DNA of 50,872 nucleotides from Nanobdellota archaeon (GTDB lineage Archaea; Nanobdellota; Nanobdellia; Woesearchaeales; JAHWHD01): NCBI GenBank assembly GCA_034722435.1, contig JAYENX010000005.1, positions 1 to 50,872 of the forward strand, read 5' to 3'. Shown piece by piece: positions 41,665 to 50,872 of this stretch (position 1 is its first letter; each line of letters starts with the position of its first letter). The notes under the pieces were generated by a model. It saw only the letters and a program-made list of their open reading frames with translations, ran no database searches and was not told where the DNA came from. The position numbers and the translations under genes were made by a program.

Positions 41665-42069
41665 TTATTTCTTTCTCCTTTTCTTACCATTACTTCTAAC
41701 ATCTTTAGTGTAAAGTTCAATTTTGTTAGGATCTTTCTTAATACTTTTCACAACATTTGCTGGACCTATTATTGTTAGACCTTGCCTATCCCCTAATATC
41801 ATATTGATAAATCCTCTTTGGATCTTTTTGAAAGTTGCAACTTCTTTACTTGCATCCGGATAAATTACTGCTAGTTCAATACCTTTGAAATCTTTGTTAA
41901 TTTCTTCCATTGTAACTTTGATAAGTTCAGTTTCTTCTGACTTTTTCAGCCTTCCTTGTAACAAAACAATCTTTCCCTCTTTTGCTACATTCAATAGCTT
42001 CCTTATCCTTCCGATAGAGCTCAGACCATCAATCTGACCGTACGGAATGAATTCAAGTGTAAGTCCCAT
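41665..42069 (-). CDS. oapB: OapB (DUF2073)
   Basis: IRKLL..AKEGKIVLLQGRL..EE..LI..TM..I..DFKGIE, GLTIIGPA. Confidence 0.85.
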   Translation of the reverse strand: MGLTLEFIPYGQIDGLSSIGRIRKLLNVAKEGKIVLLQGRLKKSEETELIKVTMEEINKDFKGIELAVIYPDASKEVATFKKIQRGFINMILGDRQGLTIIGPANVVKSIKKDPNKIELYTKDVRSNGKKRRKK

Positions 42070-42092
42070 TTTAAATTAAACCTCTCTTTTTT

Positions 42093-42722
42093 TTATCCGG
42101 CTAGTACAAATAAAGCCTCATAAAATTCTTCTGTATTAGTGCCATGTTTAGCAGAGATTCCTACAACATCATATTGAGGGAACGCTGCTTCAATTCTTTT
42201 GATATCTGACCTTTTAAGGTCAATTTTATTCGCTACAATTAATACAGGAATATCTCTTGCAGCTAAGTTACCTATGATTGTAATGTTAACTTGTGAATAA
42301 GGATCCTTTGTTGAATCAAGAACAATAATGACACAATCCATGTTATCTAACCACTTGATAGCATCAATCACCCCTTTAGTAGCTTCTTTAGCTCTTGACT
42401 TTGCATCTTTTTCTTTCATCCCTTTCTTAAGAAAATCTTCATAATCAATTTTTGTGGCAATTCCGGGGGTGTCTACTAAATTAAATGTAAGCTCTTTACC
42501 TTTTGATTTGATAGAAATCTGTTCCTTGACCTGAATCTCTCTTGTCTCATGAGCCATACTTGATACAGAACCCATCTTTTCACCCAGCCAATCTTCACAA
42601 ATTCTATTCGCAATCGTCGTTTTCCCACCATTTGGAGGACCGTAAAGACCAAGTTTAAGATGTTTCTTTCTTCTAAATATATTACTAAGAATCTTTCTAA
42701 CAAATTTTTTAATCCAACTCAT
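42093..42722 (-). CDS. oapA: Era-like GTP-binding protein OapA
   Basis: GPPNGGKTT, HET, DTPG, NKID; archaeal oapABC synteny. Confidence 0.85.
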   Translation of the reverse strand: MSWIKKFVRKILSNIFRRKKHLKLGLYGPPNGGKTTIANRICEDWLGEKMGSVSSMAHETREIQVKEQISIKSKGKELTFNLVDTPGIATKIDYEDFLKKGMKEKDAKSRAKEATKGVIDAIKWLDNMDCVIIVLDSTKDPYSQVNITIIGNLAARDIPVLIVANKIDLKRSDIKRIEAAFPQYDVVGISAKHGTNTEEFYEALFVLAG

Positions 42723-42857
42723 ATTTCAAACCACCAATTTCCAAGAAAAAATAAAAATGTTATCTTTATATAGTTTTCTATTTACTATTTATAGTGTGGA
42801 AACCAATAGAAACATTAATAAACATATTTAAATTAAAATATTTAAAAAGAGGTTCAC

Positions 42858-44066
42858 ATGGCTGCATTACTATTTTTAACATATCTTGCAATTGTTATAT
42901 TTATAGGTATTATATGTTCAATTATAGCTAATAAAGCAAAAATTCCAAATGTACTTCTTCTTTTGATTGCAGGTTTGATACTTAATAACTTATCTTTCCA
43001 AGGCAAGCAACTTATTGAATTTCCTACAGTGTTCATAACTAGCATTAGTATACTCGCACTTGTACTTATCGTATTTGATAGTTCCTCTCGATTTAAGTTT
43101 AAAGAGTTTGACCAGTTTTCTTTTAGTTCATTGAAACTTACCGCCATTTTTCTTATTCTCACAATGGTCATTCTAACAATTGCAACTGACTTCCTTTTCA
43201 AGCCAGGTTCAATTCTTCTATCTTTAATGTTTGCTGCATTGATGGCGGGTACCTCTCCTAGTGCGGTACTTGCAATGGTAGGTTCTACAAAGAATAAAGT
43301 GCTTGAACTTTTAGAAATCGAATCTATTGTTAACACTCCTTTCATTGTCTTGTTACCTTTCCTCATTGTTGATCTTTTAGTGGGCGCAAAATCAGCTCCT
43401 ACACTTAGCATTTTTATTGAACAGATTCACCCTTTTTCTTTACAAATTATATCGGGTATAGGGACCGGTGTTATCGTAGGTTTAGTAGTTTTTAGAATAA
43501 TGCGTAAACAATATTCAGAACAACTTTCTTCTTTGGCATTGATAGGTGCAGCGCTTTTGACCTATGTTATGGCTGAGTTCTTGGGCGGAAACGGAGTAAT
43601 CGCAGTTACTGCGGCAGGTATCATGTTCGGTACTTTTTATATTAAAGAAAAAACTAAGCTAAGAGAATACTCTCTAATATTTTCAAACTTTTTAGAGATA
43701 ATTGTTTTTATATTCGTAGGTCTTTTATTGAACATATCCTTTGAACCAAAATTTCTCCTACTCACGTTTGCATTATTTGCAATCTTTATTGCAATAAGAT
43801 TCGTCGCTATTAACCTTTCCTTTTTTTCAGGCGAGTATAACTGGAAAGAAAAAATGTTTATGACTCTTAACGCGCCTAAAGGTATTGCAGTTGCTGTCGT
43901 TGCTTCTACGTTGTTAGCTTTTACAATTCCTGGTTCGGAACAGTTTATTCCGGGTATGAAAACCATGCTTGACATTGTACTTATGTTCTTGCTTTATAGC
44001 ATAACTTTATCAACAATAATTATTAAATTTTCTAAATATTTCTTGAGGCTTAAGGTGATTAAATGA
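42858..44066 (+). CDS. Cation:proton antiporter (CPA1/NhaP-like)
   Basis: About 12 hydrophobic segments; GTSP, LEIESIVN, PKGIAVAV. Confidence 0.85.
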   Translation: MAALLFLTYLAIVIFIGIICSIIANKAKIPNVLLLLIAGLILNNLSFQGKQLIEFPTVFITSISILALVLIVFDSSSRFKFKEFDQFSFSSLKLTAIFLILTMVILTIATDFLFKPGSILLSLMFAALMAGTSPSAVLAMVGSTKNKVLELLEIESIVNTPFIVLLPFLIVDLLVGAKSAPTLSIFIEQIHPFSLQIISGIGTGVIVGLVVFRIMRKQYSEQLSSLALIGAALLTYVMAEFLGGNGVIAVTAAGIMFGTFYIKEKTKLREYSLIFSNFLEIIVFIFVGLLLNISFEPKFLLLTFALFAIFIAIRFVAINLSFFSGEYNWKEKMFMTLNAPKGIAVAVVASTLLAFTIPGSEQFIPGMKTMLDIVLMFLLYSITLSTIIIKFSKYFLRLKVIK

Positions 44067-44833
44067 TAATCTTCGGCCCTGCCGGTTTATCTTCGAAACC
44101 TTATGACATGATTGACTTTCTTAAACAAAAAGGATTAGGAATTTGCGAGATAGCGTTTACACATTCGATTTACATGAAAAATGATAAAGCTAAAGAGGTT
44201 GGCGCTTATGCAAAAAAGCAAAACATTATGTTAACTATTCATGCTCCTTACTACATAAATTTAACATCTACAGAGAAAGCTAAGATTACTGCTTCAAAAA
44301 AACGTATCCTGACAGCTTGCGAACGTGGTCATCATCTGGGCGCAAAAGATGTAGTTTTTCATGCAGCTTACTATGGCAAACTTGGTAAAGACGAAATATA
44401 CGATAGGGTGGTTGAAGAAGTGAAAGATATGCAGTCTGTTCTTAAGAAAAAAAAATGGAACATAAAACTTTCTCCGGAAACAACTGGTAAAGCTTCACAG
44501 TTTGGTGATATTGATGAACTGCTTCAGTTAAGAAAAGATACTGGTTGTTCTTTATGTATTGACTTTGCACACATCTATGCCAGAAATATTGGCAAGATCA
44601 ATTACGACGAAGTTTTCAAAAAAATAAAAGCTCTTCCCGATATTCATGCGCATTTCTCAGGTATAGAATTCGGACCAAAAGGCGAACGTCGTCACATCCC
44701 TTTAACAAAATCCTTCTTTAACCCTTTAGCACAACAATTGAAAAAATGGAAAAAACCTGCTTGGATAGTCTGCGAAGCTCCCGACCCTCCTGGAGACGCG
44801 TTGAAGATGATGAAATGGTTTAAGAAAATATAG
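44063..44833 (+). CDS. nfo: Endonuclease IV / AP endonuclease 2 TIM barrel
   Basis: HAPYYINL, VFH, PETTGK, CIDFAH, HAHFSG, RRHIP, VCEAP. Confidence 0.85.
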   Translation: MIIFGPAGLSSKPYDMIDFLKQKGLGICEIAFTHSIYMKNDKAKEVGAYAKKQNIMLTIHAPYYINLTSTEKAKITASKKRILTACERGHHLGAKDVVFHAAYYGKLGKDEIYDRVVEEVKDMQSVLKKKKWNIKLSPETTGKASQFGDIDELLQLRKDTGCSLCIDFAHIYARNIGKINYDEVFKKIKALPDIHAHFSGIEFGPKGERRHIPLTKSFFNPLAQQLKKWKKPAWIVCEAPDPPGDALKMMKWFKKI

Positions 44834-44873
44834 ATTCCAGTACATGAATTATTATTAATACTAGATTTGTTCT

Positions 44874-45656
44874 GTGTTATATATGAACATTCGAAGATAT
44901 CTATCAACTGCAGCCCTTTCTTTGGCTTTAGCTTTAACTCTGGGAGGATGTAATGCAAAAACTGATGAACTGGATATTGCTGATATCTATAATACTCGAC
45001 CTGCAGTTGTTCGACAGGTAGATTACAAAAAAAAATCTATAGCATTTATTGTTGACACTTCAGGATCTATGAACAATCGCATAAAATTTCAAGGTAAAAG
45101 TATTCCTAAACTTGTTGCTGCAAAGGAATCTCTTGAAGATGTTCTTAAGATATATGATAAGCATCATAAAAAACATAAAAATGTTGAGGTGGGATTATTT
45201 TATTTTAAAAATCCAGTAACTGTTACAAAACTTCATCCAGTTTCATCATTTAATTATTCGACCCTTTCTAAAAAATTGCATAGTTTATATGCCCAATCAG
45301 ATACCCCTCTCGGAGTTTCGCTTGCATATGCTGAAAGAGAATTAGATAAAACTGCTACAGGAGAAAAAAATATTATTCTATTGACAGATGGTATGAGTAA
45401 TTCTGGTAGGAATCCTGTTGATGTTTGGAAATCTATAATTGCAACTAATAGGGCTATTGGTGATGTTCAAACGAATCTAAGTATTGTTGCTTACCACACA
45501 AAATCTGATTATTTTAAACCTCTTAAATCGTTAGGAGTCACAATATACGATGCCGAAGATCCTACAAAATTAAAAGAGGTATTAAGGGTTTTAACTTTTA
45601 AAAGTCTTGAACTTCCTGAGCCTGCAAAATCCTATTCACCTACAACTACTCCGTAA
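44874..45656 (+). CDS. vWA-domain putative lipoprotein (start probably MNIRR)
   Basis: LGGC lipobox after a hydrophobic stretch; MIDAS DTSGS, TPLG, LTDG. Confidence 0.8.
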   Translation: MLYMNIRRYLSTAALSLALALTLGGCNAKTDELDIADIYNTRPAVVRQVDYKKKSIAFIVDTSGSMNNRIKFQGKSIPKLVAAKESLEDVLKIYDKHHKKHKNVEVGLFYFKNPVTVTKLHPVSSFNYSTLSKKLHSLYAQSDTPLGVSLAYAERELDKTATGEKNIILLTDGMSNSGRNPVDVWKSIIATNRAIGDVQTNLSIVAYHTKSDYFKPLKSLGVTIYDAEDPTKLKEVLRVLTFKSLELPEPAKSYSPTTTP

Positions 45657-45668
45657 AACTAGATAACC

Positions 45669-45678
45669 TTTATAAATA
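45669..45678 (+). promoter_or_regulatory. TATA box for the PIN-rpoE' operon
   Basis: TTTATAAATA ends 20 nt before the ATG at 45699. Confidence 0.5.
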
Positions 45679-45698
45679 ACCTTTTCTCATTTTAACTA

Positions 45699-46082
45699 AT
45701 GAAGAAGATCATACTTGATACTAACTTCCTACTTATCCCTGGTCAATTCAAAGTAGATATTTTTGACGAGATACGCAGGATTTGTGATTTTCAGTATAAA
45801 CTTTATATTGTCGATAAGACTATTGACGAGATTAACAGTATAATTGAGACGGCAAAGAAAAGTGCTGATAAAAGGGCCGCAAAATTGGCTCTAGAGCTTA
45901 TAAAAGCAAAAGATATAAATATCATATGCACAAAAAAGGATAAAAGTGTTGACGATTTAATCCTAGATTTATTGGATAATGGGTGCTATATTGTAGCTAC
46001 ACAAGATAAACCTTTAAAAACAAGGATAAAATCCAACATAATATCGCTTAGACAAAAGAAATATCTCGAATTAAGGTGTTAA
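45699..46082 (+). CDS. PIN-domain protein (Fcf1/Utp24-like)
   Basis: ILDTNFL, VDDLIL, VATQDK; canonical position before rpoE'. Confidence 0.85.
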   Translation: MKKIILDTNFLLIPGQFKVDIFDEIRRICDFQYKLYIVDKTIDEINSIIETAKKSADKRAAKLALELIKAKDINIICTKKDKSVDDLILDLLDNGCYIVATQDKPLKTRIKSNIISLRQKKYLELRC

Positions 46083-46083
46083 A

Positions 46084-46674
46084 ATGTTTTACAGAACAAA
46101 AATAAAAGATCATATCAGGGTACCGCCAGATTTATTTAATCTGACAAAAGAAGAAGCCGTTATTAAGAGGATAAAGAAAGACTATGAAGGTTTTATATCC
46201 AAAGAAATAGGTATTGTTATTGACGTTGACAGAGTAAATGAGATTGGTGAAGGAGTAGTAATACCTGGTGATGGTGCATCATATTACGATGCCGTATTTG
46301 AATTATTAGTATTTAAACCTGAAATGCAAGAAGTTATTCTAGGAAGGGTTAAAGATATTGCAGATTTCGGTGTTTTTATGTCCTTGGGTCCTATTGAAGG
46401 TATGGTTCACGTATCTCAGACTATGGACGACTTTGTATCCTTTAGTAAAGAGAAAGTACTTTCAGGTAAAGAATCAAAGAAAGTCTTAAAAATAGGGGAC
46501 AAGTGTAGAGCTAGAATGATAGCTGTAAGCTATAAAGATGTTACTAATCCAAAGTTCGGACTTACAATGCGTCAAGGCGGCTTGGGAAAGCTTGAATGGA
46601 TTGACGATGAGAATAAACCAAAAACTGCTGCTAAGGCTGCTACTAAAGATACCAAAAAAGAGGGTAAAAAATGA
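46084..46674 (+). CDS. rpoE1: RNA polymerase subunit E' (Rpo7)
   Basis: IPGDGASYY, FGVF..LGPIEGMVHVSQ, LTMRQ.GLGK. Confidence 0.95.
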   Translation: MFYRTKIKDHIRVPPDLFNLTKEEAVIKRIKKDYEGFISKEIGIVIDVDRVNEIGEGVVIPGDGASYYDAVFELLVFKPEMQEVILGRVKDIADFGVFMSLGPIEGMVHVSQTMDDFVSFSKEKVLSGKESKKVLKIGDKCRARMIAVSYKDVTNPKFGLTMRQGGLGKLEWIDDENKPKTAAKAATKDTKKEGKK

Positions 46675-46856
46675 AGAAAAAGGTTTGCAAATCATGTAAA
46701 ATTTTTGTTGAAGGTTCACAATGTCCTGTTTGTAAAGGGGAATCTTTCTCGACAAACTGGCAGGGTAGGATAAACATAATTGATGCCAACAAATCAGAGA
46801 TTGCTCAAAAATTAGAAATAAAAGTTAAAGGAGAATATTGTATTAAGTGTAGATAA
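46671..46856 (+). CDS. spt4: Transcription elongation factor Spt4 (RpoE'')
   Basis: CKSC...CPVC, STNWQG, SEIAQKL. Confidence 0.95.
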   Translation: MKKKVCKSCKIFVEGSQCPVCKGESFSTNWQGRINIIDANKSEIAQKLEIKVKGEYCIKCR

Positions 46857-46857
46857 A

Positions 46858-47316
46858 ATGGATTTGACAATTAAGAAAAAGATCGAAAGCCCGCTCCTAT
46901 CTAGGACAAGGGTTACAGCAGAAGCAAGTTACAAGGGTTCAACACCTTCAGAGGACCAAATAAAAGATTCTCTAGCCTCAAAGCTAGGTACTGACAAAAG
47001 TCTTGTATGTATAAGGCATATTTATACTAAATTTGGTGAACAGTTATCAAAGGTTATTGCTCATGTTTACGAGAATAAAAAAGACTTAGACCTTTACGAA
47101 GTAAAGACTAAAAAGCAGAGAAAAGCTGAGGAAGAGGCTGTAAAGAAAGCAGCTGAAGAAAAGGCAAAAGAAGCAGAAGCACCTGCTGAACCTCCAAAAG
47201 AGGAAGCAACTGCAGAAGCAACACCTGTAGAGCCAGAACCAAAAGCTGAAGAGAAACCAGAAGAAGTTCCTAAAGAAGAAGCTAAACCTGCTGAAGAGAA
47301 AAAAGGTGACAAATAA
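46858..47316 (+). CDS. rps24e: 30S ribosomal protein S24e with low-complexity E/K/A/P tail
   Basis: PLLSRT, TPS, IYTKFG, AHVY. Confidence 0.88.
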   Translation: MDLTIKKKIESPLLSRTRVTAEASYKGSTPSEDQIKDSLASKLGTDKSLVCIRHIYTKFGEQLSKVIAHVYENKKDLDLYEVKTKKQRKAEEEAVKKAAEEKAKEAEAPAEPPKEEATAEATPVEPEPKAEEKPEEVPKEEAKPAEEKKGDK

Positions 47317-47525
47317 TGGGAAAAGGTGCTAAATCTAAATCAGGCAAGACTGAAAAGAAACCTAAAAAAACTTCTGCTAAGTATAAACATTACAAGGTTG
47401 AAGGGGATACTGTTTCAAGAGGAAAAACTTGTCCTAAATGTGGAGCTGCTGTATTTCTTGCAAAACATAAAAATAGATTAACATGCGGCAAATGTCATTA
47501 TGTTGAGTTTATTTCTAAGAATTAA
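47316..47525 (+). CDS. rps27ae: 30S ribosomal protein S27ae
   Basis: CPKCG.AVFLAKH.NR.TCGKC. Confidence 0.93.
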   Translation: MGKGAKSKSGKTEKKPKKTSAKYKHYKVEGDTVSRGKTCPKCGAAVFLAKHKNRLTCGKCHYVEFISKN

Positions 47526-47580
47526 ATTTTTATTTTCTTTAAACTTAAATTACTAATTTTAAACTTTAATTATTAATAAT

Positions 47581-48471
47581 TTATTTTTTATTGCTACTTT
47601 GAAATGCAAGAAAATCTTCTGTAGTAATTTTCATTCCTTTTTTAATCTTTTCTTCAATACTAGCTTCAAGTTCCTTTAACTTTTTCGCTATATTTACCTT
47701 TTTTTGTTTCAAACTATCTTGTTTAAATTCAGAAAATTTTCCTCTTAGTTTACTGAAAGCTTGTAACTCGTTCTTTAATTCCTCATTAACTTCAGCGAAC
47801 TTTTTCTTAAACTCTGTAACTTTTTCATTAATTTCTTTTTCTTTTTTACGTAATTCTTTAATTGACTTAGAACTCTCAATCATTTCTTCATGCTTGATTT
47901 GACTTTCCTTAGCCTTACTTTGAATGGTTTTATGCACTATTTCAGCGTCTTTTTTTAACTTATCAATTTCTGTCGATATCCCGTGTATCTTTTCCCAGAC
48001 TCCGCTGACCTGTTTACTCTCTCCATACCTTTTCTTAAGATCTCTAATTTTCTTCATAATTACACTTTCTTGCTTGAATGGAAGAGCTTCAGTTTCAATT
48101 TTAAACTCTAATTGTTCAATTTCTTGTTTAAGTTTAGAAGGATCGCCTTTTATATCATATTTTTGTAATGTTTTTCGCTTTTCTTGGTTAAAATCTTTTA
48201 TTTTTTTAATATGTTCTTTAATTTCTTTATTTAATTTTTCTCTCTTATTTTTTTCTTCTTTTATAGACTTTGTAAACTCGTCCCGTTTCTTCTTACTATC
48301 TTGACTCTCTCTTATTAAAGTCCTTATATTTTTAGAAAATTCATTTTTTTTCTTAAACCAAGCTTCTTTCTGGTCATTAATTTGGTTAAGTTTTCTTTTA
48401 AGATTAGAAATAGTCTTTTGATGTGCATTAAAATTCTTAAGTAATTCTTTTTTATCTTCTGTCATCCTCAC
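47581..48471 (-). CDS. Archaeal coiled-coil protein (COG1340-like)
   Basis: K/E-rich heptads, IEQLEFKIETEALPFKQE; follows rpl12. Confidence 0.7.
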   Translation of the reverse strand: MRMTEDKKELLKNFNAHQKTISNLKRKLNQINDQKEAWFKKKNEFSKNIRTLIRESQDSKKKRDEFTKSIKEEKNKREKLNKEIKEHIKKIKDFNQEKRKTLQKYDIKGDPSKLKQEIEQLEFKIETEALPFKQESVIMKKIRDLKKRYGESKQVSGVWEKIHGISTEIDKLKKDAEIVHKTIQSKAKESQIKHEEMIESSKSIKELRKKEKEINEKVTEFKKKFAEVNEELKNELQAFSKLRGKFSEFKQDSLKQKKVNIAKKLKELEASIEEKIKKGMKITTEDFLAFQSSNKK

Positions 48472-48494
48472 GACCTGTTGTTACGTTATATTAT

Positions 48495-48516
48495 AAAAAG
48501 TAAAAAAAATAAAAAA
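48495..48516 (-). terminator. Putative oligo-U terminator after rpl12
   Basis: T-rich run on the minus strand immediately after the stop. Confidence 0.4.
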
Positions 48517-48517
48517 T

Positions 48518-48829
48518 TTAGCCGAACAATGCTCCTAGTCCAGCTGCTGCTTGCTCCTCAGATTTTTCTTCCTTTTTCTCTTCTTTTGGAGCTTCTTTAC
48601 CAGCAGGTGCTGCCGCTTCAGCAGGGGCAGCCGCTACAGGAGCTGCTTGTACAACCGCAGCCTTTTCAACTGCTTCTTCAATATTAACACCGTCAAGAGC
48701 GGCTATTAAAGCTTTCACTCTTGCTTCGTCAACTTTGACACCAGCAGCTTCCAATACTTTTTTTACATTAGCTTCATTAACTTCTTGTCCTGATTTATGC
48801 AATAACATTGCAGCGTATACGTATTCCAT
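48518..48829 (-). CDS. rpl12: 50S ribosomal protein L12 (aP1)
   Basis: [11 protein letters not shown]...[10 protein letters not shown]. Confidence 0.97.
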   Translation of the reverse strand: MEYVYAAMLLHKSGQEVNEANVKKVLEAAGVKVDEARVKALIAALDGVNIEEAVEKAAVVQAAPVAAAPAEAAAPAGKEAPKEEKKEEKSEEQAAAGLGALFG

Positions 48830-48858
48830 TTTGATATCCTCCCATTAAATAATGATTA

Positions 48859-50142
48859 TTATTTTTTTTCTTTTTTCTTTTTTTCCATCAGCTCATGCGC
48901 ACTCGGTACTTTTTCAGGTTTAGGCGGTTCTTTTGCCTTAATCTCATCTAAGATATCTTCAGCGCTTGGCTTAATTTCTTCGGGTTCTTTTTTAAGTTCA
49001 CCCTTAGCAAATGCTTCTTTTGTTTGTTTGACTATTTCTTCAGGTGTTGCCTTTTCTTCCTTCACTTCTTCAACAGGTTTCTGTTCTACCTTTGTCTCTT
49101 CTTTGACTTCTGGTTTAGGTTCTTCCTTTACTTCTTCAACAGGTTTCTGTTCCACCTTTGTCTCTTCTTTGACTTTTGGTTTAGGTTCTTCCTTTACTTC
49201 TTCAACAGGTTTCTGTTCCACCTTTGTCTCTTCTTTGACTTCTGGTTTAGGTTCTTCCTTTTTTTCCTCTTGTTTACTCTCAACAGGAATGTTAGCTGTA
49301 TTCTTAAGACTCAACATTTGCCTCTCAGCTTTCTCTAACAGCTGCCCAACTACAGCATCTGCAAGAATGTTTTGTTCAAGTGCTAAACCTCTTGAATCTT
49401 TGAAAGCTTTCTGTAACATAAGTTCAATATTATCTTTAGTAGGATAACTAATTTCGAATGCGAGATTGAAAGCATATCTATGACTGTTCATTAACTTTTC
49501 CATGAACTCGTCTTCATCAATTCTTAATATTGATTTAGCATAAATGGTGCCGTCTTCATATGCTGCAGTCAAATCCATGCCTATTTCCATTGGCTGAACT
49601 CCTAATCTTCCTAGGATTCCTGCAAGTTTACCGTTAATAACTTCGCCTTCTTTTACAACTACTTTATCTTCTTTGATAGCAATTTTACCGCCTTCAACAC
49701 CTGATTTTATACCGAACGATCCTAGTTCACCAATAATTGGACCTGGTGCAAACGGTGTTGGTCCTGCTTTTACTATAACATCTTTAGGAGCTATTTGTCC
49801 ACCTTTAGCAGGTGCTGACGTTTTATTTTTATCAAGTATCTTGAATAGTTTGAAAGGATTATCTTTTGTGAATAATAACGCCGGCATACCCTTTAAATGT
49901 TCAGTTAACTGTTCAATGCCTGGCTTTTTATCTTTAATCTTATCAAATAATATTTTCATAAGCCGCCTTTTAGTCATTCTAATGACTACTCTGCCCCTTA
50001 ATTGTTCCCTCATCTTTTGAAGAGTGGCAGTAGGAAGACCTTCCATATTGATGGCTGCAATTATAGGATATTCATCAGATAACTTAACAAAGTCATCTAT
50101 GATTTTTTTCTTATATTCTGCAACTTTGGCTTTAGGTTTCAT
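48859..50142 (-). CDS. rpl10: 50S ribosomal protein L10/P0 with extended C-terminal tail
   Basis: GPTPFAPGPIIGEL, KTSAPAKGG, LGVQPMEIG. Confidence 0.95.
   Translation of the reverse strand: MKPKAKVAEYKKKIIDDFVKLSDEYPIIAAINMEGLPTATLQKMREQLRGRVVIRMTKRRLMKILFDKIKDKKPGIEQLTEHLKGMPALLFTKDNPFKLFKILDKNKTSAPAKGGQIAPKDVIVKAGPTPFAPGPIIGELGSFGIKSGVEGGKIAIKEDKVVVKEGEVINGKLAGILGRLGVQPMEIGMDLTAAYEDGTIYAKSILRIDEDEFMEKLMNSHRYAFNLAFEISYPTKDNIELMLQKAFKDSRGLALEQNILADAVVGQLLEKAERQMLSLKNTANIPVESKQEEKKEEPKPEVKEETKVEQKPVEEVKEEPKPKVKEETKVEQKPVEEVKEEPKPEVKEETKVEQKPVEEVKEEKATPEEIVKQTKEAFAKGELKKEPEEIKPSAEDILDEIKAKEPPKPEKVPSAHELMEKKKKEKK
49062..49260 (-). repeat. Three tandem 66-bp (22-aa) repeats EEPKPEVKEETKVEQKPVEEVK in the P0 tail
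   Basis: ctgttc recurs at 49081, 49147 and 49213. Confidence 0.93.
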
Positions 50143-50795
50143 TTTTTTATTTCAACAGGTTTTCCCATTGTAAGTTTCAATTTTATTTGTTTTATATTAT
50201 TAGCTTCATTAGGTAAATTATGTACAACATTTTTGTACAATGTAAGAATATTGTCTGCTACTTCTTCATCTTTCATATCTTCTTTACCTATGATTGCTTG
50301 TATCATTGGCGCTTTTTTTGTAGACACTTTAACAAGTTTTTGTAATTTGTCTATTAAAGGTTTAAGCGAAGTTTTTGGAGAAACAACACATCCTGCTTTA
50401 GGGTTTGGCATTTTACCTCTAGGACCAAGAACTTTTCCAAAGACCCCTGCCAGTTTACCCATGAAATTTGCTTGCGCAATAAAATAATCATGTTCTTCTG
50501 CCAATTTTTTGATTTCTTTTTTCTTACCCATAAGTACATCAAGATCAGATGCCATGATAACTTTATCACAGTTAGTTTCTGCTTCAGATTTTAATTCCAA
50601 TCCAACAACAGCGCAAGTCTTGATTTTCTTACCTATTGAAAAATGTAAAGGCACAAAGAACTCAAGTTGATATTCAGCTTTCTTAATATTAAAATTTCTA
50701 AGAGTAATGATTAAATCATATGTTTGCGAGAAATTACGTTTCTTTCCTTCTTCCTTAAGCTTTTTGATAGCTTCTAAAATATTGTCTTTTTCCAT
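50139..50795 (-). CDS. rpl1: 50S ribosomal protein L1
   Basis: RNFSQTYDL, LGPRGKMPNP, KLTMGKP. Confidence 0.96.
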   Translation of the reverse strand: MEKDNILEAIKKLKEEGKKRNFSQTYDLIITLRNFNIKKAEYQLEFFVPLHFSIGKKIKTCAVVGLELKSEAETNCDKVIMASDLDVLMGKKKEIKKLAEEHDYFIAQANFMGKLAGVFGKVLGPRGKMPNPKAGCVVSPKTSLKPLIDKLQKLVKVSTKKAPMIQAIIGKEDMKDEEVADNILTLYKNVVHNLPNEANNIKQIKLKLTMGKPVEIKK

Positions 50796-50853
50796 AGTGA
50801 CCTCCTATCCTTTGGATAGTATAACGGTTATACATCTCAGGATAAATAGGTAA

Positions 50854-50861
50854 CTTATAAA
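50854..50861 (-). promoter_or_regulatory. TATA box upstream of rpl1
   Basis: TTTATAAG about 60 nt upstream of the ATG; SD GGAGGT at the start. Confidence 0.5.
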
Positions 50862-50872
50862 GGTTGCTATTT

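Noticed and set aside
39858-50569. Short ORFs overlapping housekeeping genes on the opposite strand or another frame (for example 40380, 42476, 42854, 43637, 47094, 47924, 49024, 49673, 50354)
   Set aside because: Shadow ORFs of confidently identified genes
1-50872. tRNA or rRNA genes
   Set aside because: No cloverleaf-like or GC-rich structural RNA segment seen; intergenic gaps are short and AT-rich

Overview
AT-rich archaeal DNA, most consistent with a DPANN (Woesearchaeota-like) genome. The lineage call is an inference from the oapABC genes, the rpoE'-spt4-rps24e-rps27ae and rpl1-rpl10-rpl12 gene order, and a KKGQ class III signal-peptide gene. The right ~11 kb is ordinary housekeeping. 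The left ~39.7 kb is a tandem array of three giant minus-strand genes encoding signal-peptide-bearing multi-enzyme proteins. G1 is >2660 aa, runs off the window start and is absent from the ORF track. G2 is 2982 aa and G3 is 5427 aa. Together they carry kinases of three different families, a GT2, an HD domain, two motif-permuted GGDEF-like domains, two different Pol-beta nucleotidyltransferases, an R-S-E ADP-ribosyltransferase, a SecA-like ATPase, and HEAT and TPR repeats. G1 and G2 each follow a paralogous dual-HTH regulator with an identical 17-bp promoter core. G3 follows an AbrB-like gene and a pilin-like gene. Small plus-strand clusters lie between the giants, share a promoter/operator motif, and abut the giants' 3' ends through TTAA stop-codon overlaps. 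They encode candidate reversing enzymes: a metallophosphoesterase next to the kinase/NTase giant and two ADP-ribosylglycohydrolases next to the ART giant. Working hypothesis: an archaeal modular multi-effector (MARTX/polymorphic-toxin-like) system with enzymatic 'eraser' immunity. Domain calls are by-eye motif recognition, and domain coordinates are approximate.
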